From the IMG/VR virus record IMGVR_UViG_3300036406_001149: a stretch of DNA of 64,000 nucleotides; one strand, 5' to 3'. The notes beneath the pieces are model-generated. The model saw only the letters and a program-made list of their open reading frames with translations, was not told where the DNA came from and ran no database searches. Of this stretch, positions 35,901 through 47,900 are shown in pieces (positions within the stretch are counted from its first letter, which is position 1; each line of letters opens with the position of its first letter). The translations under genes and the position numbers were made by a program. This DNA comes from a virus.

Positions 35901-38900
35901 AGTTTGGAGATAGAACTAAAGTAGCAGCCGCTCTTAAAGGAGCAAAGCTTAGTTTATTAGGTAGAGAATTAGTTGGCATGGTTTCTAAAAAACCTGAATT
36001 ACTTAGTAGTCTAAGACTAATTACAGCTCGTCCATCATCAACATTAGACCTTGTTCATCAGTGGTTATCTTCTCAAGGATTACCTATTCCATTATCTCAA
36101 TTCAAGGGATTGGGAGGTCCAGGAGTTTCTGGTTCTCAAATAGCTAAACTTAAAGCGGAATTACTTAGTCCAGGATCAGTATTTGTTGATGATGATGTTA
36201 GAAATGTGAAAGCGGCCAAAGCTAGATCAACAGAAGGAATTACGTCATATAGGTATGGTAATAGAAAAAGTATAAAAAATACTAATGCTGATGCTACAGC
36301 CCAAGGAGTTATCTTTGAAAGAATGATCGAACAATTAGGAGGACCATCAGCTCTAAAAGGCCAAGGTTTAGATTTTCCTAATGGACTTAAGGGAGCAGCT
36401 AAATATTTTAATATACCAGGAAACATCCCCACTGATGCAAAAAGAACAATTAGTGGTCCATCAACAGTAGAGGATAATATTGTTACTTATCTTAAAAATG
36501 TTAAAGGATATAATCTTGGAGGAGTAGTTCAAAAATTTGCTTCTGGAGGCTTATCAAAACCTTTAGACACACTAGAAAGATACTACACAGACGCTACTCC
36601 AATTAATCTTGGTTTGTCTAATAGCAAATCATTAAATAAAGAGGACAGAAAACAATTAGCTTCAGATGTTAGAAATTTACGTAAACTTCGCACAGAAGCA
36701 CCAGAGGAATTATATACTTCAATATCTCGTAATGCATTTGATAAATTTGCTATGGATACTGGATTAAATAAAAATCCAGATATTCCACAAGGAACCAAAT
36801 TTAATGCTAAACAAGCATATTATGCTCCAGAAGTAGCTAAAATTATTGGTAAAACTTTTAGTCTTCCGGGATTCATTTCTACAAGTAAAAACTACGCAGT
36901 TGCCAAATCATTCTTAGATAATGCTCCAAGAGCAAAAGATAATTGGGCAGCTATGCTTACTGTAAAAACAAAAAAGAATGCTCAAGGAGTAGATGTTGCC
37001 GAACAATTAAAAGATCGTAAAATTAATGTAACCAAACAAGATATTAATCCAAGAACAGGCAAAACCGAAACGTTCTTCATGAAACAACCCAATGAAGAAA
37101 ACGAATTCATGCTTTCTCCTCGTTCTAAATTTAGAGTAAATACAGCAAAATACGTAGATTTAATGGGGAGACATAATCTTTGGGCTAATGTTCAGCAGTA
37201 TGCTACTGGAGGATCCGTTCAAGACACTGTTCCTGCTTTATTAACTCCGGGTGAGTTTGTAATTAATAAAAAAGCTGCTAGTAGTTTAGGATCTAGTAGA
37301 TTACATACTCTTAATAGAGCAGATAAAATTAAAGGATTTAACAAAGGAGGTCCGGTAGGAACCGTACAGAATTTCGCTGCTGGAGGTGCCGTACAAAGAT
37401 TTTTCTTTGGTGGTGGTCCAAGAGTTCCAGCTAGACCGGGAGCACAAGCTTCTTTTGAGAATTTACGCATTCCGGACGGCGTGGTAACAGGTCTTGGTCA
37501 GATGATAGATGCCCTAGAAGAATTAGGAGTTAGGTCTTCGGACTCAGCCAATATCTTGCGTAGAGGAGGACAAATTAGTGTAGAAGCTGCTACAAGAGCA
37601 TATGAAGCAGATATTTTAAGATTAAGAGTTTCTGGCGCACCAATGAGAACTGTTATAGAAGCTGAAACAAGACTTGCTAATATCAGACAGCAAGCAGCGG
37701 CTCAAGTCAGAGCTCAAAGACAATTAGCTGGAGTTAATGGTGGTCAATTAGAAACAATAGATTATGATGCACAGCAAAACTTACAAGCTATGATTCAAAG
37801 ACGTCAAGCAAGTGGTCGTGATCTTGATGATACTTTTATGAGACGAGCAGAAAGCGTTTCATATGGAAGAGCAGCTCAAAGAGCTGGATTATCACCAACA
37901 CAAACAGCAGGATTAAGCGGTAATGATCTTAGACAATATATTAATACTGCTATGGGAGATCCAAGAACATTTGAACAAATGAATAGAGCTTTTGAAACTA
38001 GAAGAAGAGCTGAATTAACAAGACAACTAACAGCAGAAGGTCGTTTCGGAGGTGATAGAAATAGAATTTTAGAAGAAGCCAGAAGAATGGCTCAACAAGA
38101 AGCAAGGATTCGTCGAGACACACTTAACGAAACTAGAGGAGCATCTGGTCCGGGTCGTACTGGAATAGGTTCTCAAGCTATGATGACAGGAGCTTTTGGT
38201 ATTCAAATGTTTGGGGGCATATTAGCACAAGGTATAGACAGGAAAAGTAGTGCAGAATCAGCCGGTCTTGCAGCAGGTTTAGAAACAGCCACAACCGGAT
38301 TAGGCACAGGATTAATGCTATATAGTCAATTGGATGAAATGTCTAAAGGATTATCTAACGTTAATACAACATTAGGCAGATTCGGGTCGGGATTAACAAG
38401 AGTTGCAGCTCGATTAACTGCTCTTGGAGCAGCTGCTTTTACGATTGTCTCGACCATTAAAGATGTTGTTAACGCAATGAATCAATTTGATATTGATCTA
38501 CAGAAACAAAAGCTTGAATTTAGTATGAAGGGAGTTGAGCAAGAATTTGAGAGATTAAGAAAAGCTGCAAATAATATAGGATTTGATAGACTAAACAGTG
38601 CTCTAGAATCTGCTTCGAAAGCTTTCGCTTCAGCTCTAGACAGAGTAAGTAAACAATCCACTATTACTTTTACTAATCTATTAGACTACATATATACCTC
38701 TATGCCATATTTTGGCACAGGAGATACTGAAGGATTTGATAAAAGATCTGAGATTGAGAGACTTGGTGGTAAAAAAGCTTATTATGCTTCTCGCAGCGAC
38801 GAAAGATCACTAGCTGATGAATATAAAAAAATTATACCACAACTTGCACAAGAACAAGCGGCTCTTGGTAAAGCTTTGTCAGATTCTTTACTTGAAAGCT

Positions 38901-41900
38901 TCAAAGAGAGAGCTTATAAAGGAGAATCTTTTCAAGATATTGTTAATGATCCTAATTTCAAGAGTTTTGCTGAGTCTTTAGCTAATGCAGACGCGGTTAT
39001 TCGTCAGAGGATCCTTGAACTAGAAAATAGCGGATTAGACGGAGCTGTCATAGAGAAAGAAAAAAAACGCATAATAGACGCAGCTGCTCAAGAAAAAACA
39101 AGACAGCAGGTATTGATTACCATCAGAGACAAAGAAGCTAAATCCGTACAAAGATTTACTGCTGTATATACAGGATCTTTAATTCGTATGTTTAGAAACA
39201 TGGAACAGGCAATAGCAGCAACATCGTTCTCTTTGCAACAAATGCAACAAAGCATAGATGGTAATATAGCAGCTTTAAACGGACAAGCTTCCTTACAGTC
39301 AACAGAATTAGGATTGTCTAATGTATTAAATAATCCAAGATCATATAACGATTTTCAAGGATCACAAGCTCGTGCAACAGCAGGTGGTTTTTTTGGACCT
39401 TCATCTAATATAGTTCAATCTCTATTGTCTGTTGGAGAAACAGCAGAATCTACAGTAATGAAAACTGTAAATTCAGTATTGGCACAAAATCCTGAAGCAA
39501 ATGACGAAGTTATCTCCATGAAAATTGATGCTAATCTTAGACAAGCTCTAAAAGATCTAGGATTGCCACCTGAGTTATCAGAAAAAATAGCAGAACAAGT
39601 TGGTAGAGCAGTAGGAGAATTAAGAAAATCTGGAGAAGACAAGGTGTCTTTTTCTGAAATTCAAGATAAAGTAGCTTCATTAAGTAAAGTTTTAGATACC
39701 GCACAGAATGTTCAGGGAATAGTTAGTAAAGCTTTAGAAAGTTTTGGAGCTGCATTAGATTCTTATAGAAACAATATTAATAAAACTATTGACCTGGAAA
39801 TATCTCGTAGAGATAAATTGCGTAGAGCTGACGATATCTTAGTTAATGCTAATGTAGAATTAGCAAAAGTACTAGGAAAAACTATTGATTTAGATCAGTC
39901 CAGACAAAGATTACAAAATAAAACTAAGAGTTTTACTGGAGGTTCTGTTGATCCTAGAGAAATTTTTAATTCTATTTTGGATTTAGATGCTCTAAGAAGA
40001 AGACAAGAAAGTTCACGAGCACAAGTAGCAGAAAGAGGTCCAGCTGGAGTTCCTGATTTTGCTAGACTTAGTAACAACGTGAAAGATACAAGTATCGCTT
40101 TAAGAGAAAATATTAGTGGCTTAAAACTCTTAGCGGAAAGTACTGAGTTTGCATCAGATGCTATGCAAAAAATGCAAGACGCTCAACAAAGAATAGGGGG
40201 CAAGGTTTCATTTATAGAAAAACTTGTAACATCTACTCCAGAAGAATTAAGTGGTCTTAATATGTCATTTGTTAGACTACAACGGAATATGAATGGTCAA
40301 ATTAATACTATTAATAATAGTATAGGAGCGCAAAAAGCTTATCGTGAAGCTTTAAACAATGGAGCCAATGTTTTTGAAGCTATGAAATCTGCACAAGCAG
40401 CATTTGCCAATGAAAGAAAAGATACTTTAGGAGTACTACAAGACTTATTGCCTTTCTTGGGAGACAGTAAACAAGGATCTAATGTTAGAGCAAATGTATT
40501 AGAAAGTATGTTGCAAGAGTCTGGTATCGGCATAACTCCAATGTTTATGGACGTTTTAAATAGTTTGCGTAATCCAGAAGTTGATCCGGCTGTTTCCGCA
40601 GCACTAGCTTATTATAACGAAGCTAATGCATTACAAGCACAAGCTAACAGATACTTAGCAAACTTAGAAGGAACACTTGCACAAGATATTGCAGACAGAT
40701 CTGCAAAAGCACTTAGTTTAGCTTTATCTAAAACACAATTAACTTTCGTTAATGCCCATTTAGCAGATATAGCTGCTGGTATTAATAGACTAGCTCCTTT
40801 GCAGCCTCAAGGCAAAGCTTCAGGAGGTATTATCTATGCAGCAGCAGGACAAATGGTTGATTTTAGTGCCAAAGGAACAGACACTGTTCCCGCCATGTTG
40901 ACTCCCGGAGAATTTGTTGTTAATAGACAAGCTACTAGTAGAAATAGAGGACTATTAGAATCTATAAATAGTAATAAATATAGTAAAGGAGGAAAAGTTA
41001 GATATTATGATAAAGGAGGTTTCGTACATGATCTTGGTGATGAAACTATCTTTACTAAATCAGCTAGACAAAGTACTACAGAAATTATTGATCTAAATAC
41101 ACCTGCTGCAATAGCAGGTTTAACAAAAGCAAAGTCTGCTTTATATCAAGCTCCTACAGTATACACGTTTTTGAATAGCCCTAAACAAACTCCAAAAGCA
41201 GATGATAATACATTAACTCTAGACCTTAAGGATCTAGAGCCAGATGCCGGTACCAGAGTAGTACCGGGTATGGGACCAATATTAATGAAATATACAGATG
41301 AAGAAGGAGCAACAAAAGTAGATTACCAAATATGGGATCGTGCTGAAGCAGCTCTTTCTAGATTTGCTGGTATTAAAGATGAAAAGAGCTTTTTTCATAC
41401 TGATGGCTCAGACAGTTTGAGTACTATTAAGCTAAATGAACTAGAGCTAGAAAAATATAAGAAAAAAGCAAAAGATAATAATATTGATTGGTCATTAGCT
41501 AAATATAATCTAGATCTTAATAATTTCGGATCTATGCCTTTTCCATCAGATTTTACTGGAGATGGAGATAAATTTGCTACAACAATAGTAAAAGGTAAGT
41601 CATTAGGTATTGCAAAAGAAAGACAGGCTGGAGCAGGCCCGGCATTATCTGATGAAAGAAAAAATATGTATAAAATTTGGAAACCAAAAAGAGGAGGAGA
41701 AACTGACGTTGTATCCACTAATTTCCCTAACTTTGCTATGGGAACACCGTATGCTTCTACTGATTTCGAACAAAAAAGAGAGGCTGGTACCTCTTTGGTT
41801 ATGTCAAATTGGGAAAAAGACGTTATTGCTTTTGATAAGTTGGGAGCACTAAAAGACTCTAACGACGAATCATACCAGAAATATGAAAATACTGCTAATT

Positions 41901-44900
41901 TTTTAAGAGCTCCAGCATTTGACGATAAGGGAAAAGTAGATGCAAAAACACTAGAAATTCAAAATCAATTATCTAAATTATATAATGGATCAGTAGGAGA
42001 AATTTTTCCTGGAGCAGATGTTATTAGTAGATATTTCGATCAGCTAAGAATTACTGGAACAGCTAATAGTTTGGCTATTTTTAATCCTGGAGCTGTACCG
42101 GCACTCAACAAAACTATAGAAGAATTGGCAGCAAATCCTATTATAGCAAAAAATAGAGATTTGATGTTTAGTGGAGCTGGACTAAAAGCAACAGATGCTG
42201 CTGGAAATGCTCTTCCTTTCGTTGACCCAGGTCCACCACAAGGCATCCGTATCAAAGAGCTTGATGATCTGGGAGCTATTCGTCAACGATCTAAAGCTTT
42301 CCCCTATGTTATTAATGGTAAATTAGATGATCTAGACCCTGTATTAAGACAACAACTAGAAGCACAGCTTGCTGCTGCTAATCCTGGCGATATTAAGATG
42401 ACAAGACTACCAGAGGAAAATCTGGCAGTACCAGTTCCTGCTGCATGGGGATTGCAACAGTTACTTGGCGGTAATCCAAATATGGATTTAAAAATAGCAT
42501 ATGATGAATGGGAAGGCAAATTATATGATCCAATTAATAAACAATTCGAACCAGCAGCTACTAAGCTATTCTTGCCATCAAACACAGGAGGAACCCTATT
42601 TGAAGGTATTAATCCCGCAATACTAGATAAGCGTAGAATAGGTTTATTTCCTGGCGCTAAATATACACCAGCAGATATTAATAAGGCTTTAAATGCTGTA
42701 GCATTACCAAACGCTGATGTACAAAAATATATTAATAGTATATTAACAGATCCTACAAAACCCGACGGTGCTGCTAAAACTAATTTACAAAAGGCTATGA
42801 TAGGACAATTAGATTCGTCATTTATCAAAAGCTTAGAGATGGTATTTCCTGGTTTGGATACCCTAGTTAGTCCAGTATCTAATCAGCCTTTCGGTATCGA
42901 AATGGGAGAGCATATTTTGTCTCAAATAGACAGAGTAAGAGCCAGAGCTGGTAATCAAGCTGATTCTATAGCCAATAAGGGATTTAAAAATCTTACTGTT
43001 GATGATCAAAATATACCAGAAGCTTTAAGAAGAATGTCAAAATCTGCTCTACAAATTTTTGGAAGAGCAAGAGTCCCAGGAACTAGAAATGGATGGTTAG
43101 CATCTTATATCGGTAAAGTTCCTAATTTACAAAAAATTAATGCTGGACAAGCTAAGAATATCTCAGGATATGCTGCTAATGTAATGGAAAACTTTGGAGG
43201 TTATTTATCATCAATTAGTAACAGCATCAGAAGACCTGATCAGTTTCAATATCTTAAAGAGGTCTATACTGTGGCTTCTGGTGCAGCTAAAGCTTTTGCT
43301 GGATTAGCATCCGGAGATACAGGATTATTAGCACAATTTAATATGGTAGGCTCTGACTACATGAGTTTATTTAGAACTCTTGGCGGAACTATGTTAATGT
43401 CCAGACTTTCTGGTTTACAACTGTCTCCAGATTGGCAAAATATATTAGGAGCACAAATACAGAATGGATTAGTTAGAACAGTATCTCCAAATGGTACTTT
43501 AGGCAGACAGCAGATGGTAGATGCTATTCCAACAGATCTTATGGGTTTAATTAAACTATTATTTAATCCATATAATGAATTTGCTGATGTTAATACTAGA
43601 AAAGATCTAATGGACAAGTTCGTTAATGATATTTCTAGTTTCAAAGGATCGAACGGATTGCCTTATTTTGATCAATTTACTCTTAAATATTTAGTAGATA
43701 GAGTTAATGTACTTAAAGAATGGTATGGGGGTAATCCTGGATGGGTTGGTCAAGACTTTTTATTCGATAAAGTAGGTAATCCCGATAATGTTGCAAGATC
43801 TAATACATTTCAAGCTAGTTTAGCAGCTAATTTACCTCTCAGATCACAAGCTAATATTGCCCACACTACTTTAGGTTTGGCAAAAACATTTGGAGAGTTA
43901 CCTGATCAAAATTGGTTTGGTGGTAGAGTTGTACAAGGATTCCAAACAGGAGGTGTTGTCAACTCTGTTGCTGCACAATCTGGTGGTATGATTAATTTTC
44001 AGCCAAGAGGAACAGATACTGTGCCAGCAATGTTGACGCCCGGCGAATTTGTTATTAATAGACAGGCAGCTCAAAGTAATCTTCCGTTATTACAACAAAT
44101 TAATAGTGGTAAAGCATACAGCAGAGGAGGAGTAGTATATGCTCAATTTGGAGGAGAAATAGACCAGAATGTCGGAGTAGGTACAGATGAACAAATGATG
44201 CGTGATCAAGAAATGAAAGCTGGTTACGAAGCAAAAATAAGAAGAGAAAATAGAGCTAATAAAATAGCTACAATCACAGAAGCTATGGAAAAATATCCCC
44301 AATTAATACTAGATCTACGAGATACTGTTCGTCCAGTTACAGTCTTTGACATGATGTCAACAAACAAGTTCAAAACAACCACTAAATTTGATGAAGCTAT
44401 TGCTAGAGTTAGATTACAAGATCCTGTATTAGCAAAAGAATTATTTAGTCATAGATTAACAGTACCAGGAATAGTCTCTTCATTACACGAAGAATTAGAT
44501 AATTATAAAAGAATTTCTGGCTTTGACGGCAAATATGGAACATGGGATGATACTGAATTCTTAGATGATATATCTATGACTCTTGCTGGACTAGGATTGA
44601 TACCAGCTATAGGTAATATTTTTGATTTGGCTAGTATTCCTATAGATCTTTTAAGAGGAGATACAACATCAGCGGGACTAAGTTCTCTTTCTTTAATAGA
44701 AGGTGTTGGACAAGCGGCGGGTGCTACTAAGATGGCTAATTTGGCAACAGCATCTACTGCTGGTATGGCTGGTATTTTTGCAACCAGAGCTGCTAATAAA
44801 GGAATTAATTACGAAGGAGCAAGTAATATATTTGATTTAATAAATAAGATTAAAGCTAATTCAAATCTTGACCCTGCATCTAGAAGACTTAAAATTTTAG

Positions 44901-47900
44901 ACACTCTACAAACAGCTTTATCTGGTAAAACTAATTCAGCAAAAGCAACAGAAGCATACGAAAAAGCGATAACAGACCTGAGGATATTGGGGCAAGGTCA
45001 TCCAGATTCCAAAGGCATAAATGATCTAATTCAATTATTAGATAAAACAGCATATCCGGCTCAAGGAAGTAAAGGAGCAGGCATAGGCAAATATTTATTT
45101 AATAAAACAACAGCTACAGCAGCAGTTGCCGTAGCGGCACTTGCATACTATGCGAGTCTGGATAAGAAAAATGTAGACCAAGCAACCCGCAAACAAGCTT
45201 CAGAAGAAGAGATCGAGGCATCTATACCTGATGTATCTGGAAAACAAGTTACAGCACAAGAGAGTGATGATGTTAGAAAAGGTGTAGCCACACCAGAAGT
45301 GAAAGAAAAGGTTGAAAAATGGAAAGAAAAAACAGCATCACCGGAAGATAAAGATGCTGCGGAAAAACTAGCAGCTATTGAAAAGATTATAGAAAGATAT
45401 CCTGTAAATGATATAAAAGGAAATCCAAGTCGTATTGGTCCCGTAAAACAAAAAACTTTAGAGAAAACTTATCCAGATTTATCACAAAGACTAAGAGTAT
45501 ATGAACAAACAGAAAGAGACTTAAAAGACGATCCCAGTCTTGTCCATAGAGCTAGAGGAGGTATGATTTATGCTAATAATGGCATGATGATTCCTTATTC
45601 TCCTCGTGGAACTGATACTGTTCCTGCTATGCTAACTCCCGGAGAGTTTGTTGTAAACCGAGCATCAACCCAGGCAAACCTACCTTTATTACAAGCTATT
45701 AATAATAATCAAGTTATTAGTAGCATTAAAGGTTTTACTAATGGTGGAATTGTTTATGCTGCTGACGGAGGCACAATCCCAACTAAACCAGACGGTTCTG
45801 CTGATACTAATTTTAATGCTCGTAAAGCTAAACGAACAGCATATTTACAAAGGCAGATAGAAAAAGAAGAAAAAGCAGAATTTATTGATAAACTTGGCAT
45901 TCTTTATAATGATACTACAGATAAACAAGATATAATAGAAGCTCTTAAAAAACAAAGAGATTATAAATCAAAAATTGATTACTATCTAAGACAATTTAGT
46001 GTTGACAATCAACTAGGAATACGACTTAAAAGATTTCCAAGAATTAGCGAAGCATCAAAATCAATTCTAGCCAAAGAACAACAGCCAAAAGCTAATCCTT
46101 TTGATCAAGGTCAGCAACCAGCAGCAACTCCACAATCACTCTCAAGAGGCGGAGTAATTTATGCTGCCGAAGGATTTGATCCATCAAGACCATTAAACCC
46201 CATGATGAATCGTCATGGAAAGGGTCCAACTTCAACACTGCCCCAACAACCTATTACTAATTTTGATAGTGAAAAGTTGGCCGAAGAAGGAAAAGCTTTT
46301 ATATACGGAGCTGCTAAGTCCGTACTTCCAGGTTTAGCTGGTTTGGGTGCTGGAGTTTTAGGATTACCCACTACAGGTTTTGGTGGATTTGCTTTAGCTG
46401 GCTTAGCATCAGCGGCTACATATCAAGCTCAAGAAAATTATTTGAATGCTTTGGCTCCAGAAACAAATAGACAGATGAAAGATACCACCGAGGAGCACTG
46501 GCAGTCCTCATTATTAGGATCAATGGTTGGTGGTTTTGGTGCCGATAGGATAGGTCGTAATTTACTTGGTTCTTCTATAAAAAATACTGTAAGAATACCC
46601 TCTCTACGTCCTAATAATAATGCTTCTGTAAGACCAGATATGAAAAGTGCTGGTCAAGAAGCTTTGGAAGAATTCTCTTTAAGAAGTAGACCAGCTATGA
46701 GTGCTCCATTAGATGTGCCAAAAGCTTCTAAAACTATGTCTCTTTTTCATGCTAGCAATACTGGTTTAGAAAACTCTATTTTAAAAAGTTTTCAAAAAGA
46801 AGGTGGTAAAAGTAGTATTGCAAAGGGGTATGGGCAAGGTCAAGGATTGTACACCTACACTAGTAGGGAAGCAGCTGAAAAACACGCAAGAAGCATTATT
46901 AAAGGAAATATGCTTACAGGAGCAGATGCTCGTGGCAAGCCCATGATTGTTAAATTTGATGAAACATTAGATCCATCAAGATTTGATTTAGACTATGAGC
47001 TGAATGCTGGATATGTTACCAAATGGTTATACGATCATTTTGATGATGTACAAAAGATATTATCTGATCAAAAAAATCCGATGTTGCTAGAGAGAATGAT
47101 GGATCCTGGAGCTATGGGTAGAGAAGCACAAAAAGGTATAAGAACTAGTGTTCCAACAGCTATTGGTGGTCTTGATTTCCTTGAGCAAAGAGCTACTGGT
47201 TTAGCTCCACGAAAATGGATCTATGGTTCTCAAACAGATTACACTACTAGAGATGGAGAAATACTGTCTAGAATTATGTCGGCTGTTGGCAAGAGAGATC
47301 CTAAGCTATTAGCAAAATTTAAAGAAGGATTTTTTGAAACTATGCCAGCCGAATCGGCTATTAAATATACTGGTTCAGACAATTTAATGCCTAGTAATAT
47401 TGACGTATTAGCTAAAGCTAGAGGTGGAATAATTTATGCTTCAACAGGAACATTAGTAAACTACCAGCCTCGTGGTACAGACACAGTACCCGCCATGTTA
47501 ACTCCCGGCGAGTTTGTGGTTAATAGAGCAGCAACTCAGAAACATTTGCCTCTATTAAAATCTATTAATAGTGGTGGAACAGCAACTGGGTATAGTAATG
47601 GAGGACCAGTATATCTAGCAGCAGGAGGAGTAGCTGATTTCGAAGATGCTCAGTTCGTACCATCAGCTACCGCAAAAAATAGAGCACAAGCCAAAGCAAA
47701 AGCACAGCAGAAACAACAAGAAAGAAAACAAGAGATAGAAAAAAATAAACAGGCTAGACAAAATCAAGATGTAGATAGATTAGAGGGCATCACAGAAGTT
47801 AGAGTAAAAAATGGAGTAGATAAAATTTCTGCTCTGACTGTTAATGAAGTTAAAGCATTATTTAAGAATAAAGATTTTATTACCTCACTAGAGAATAATA

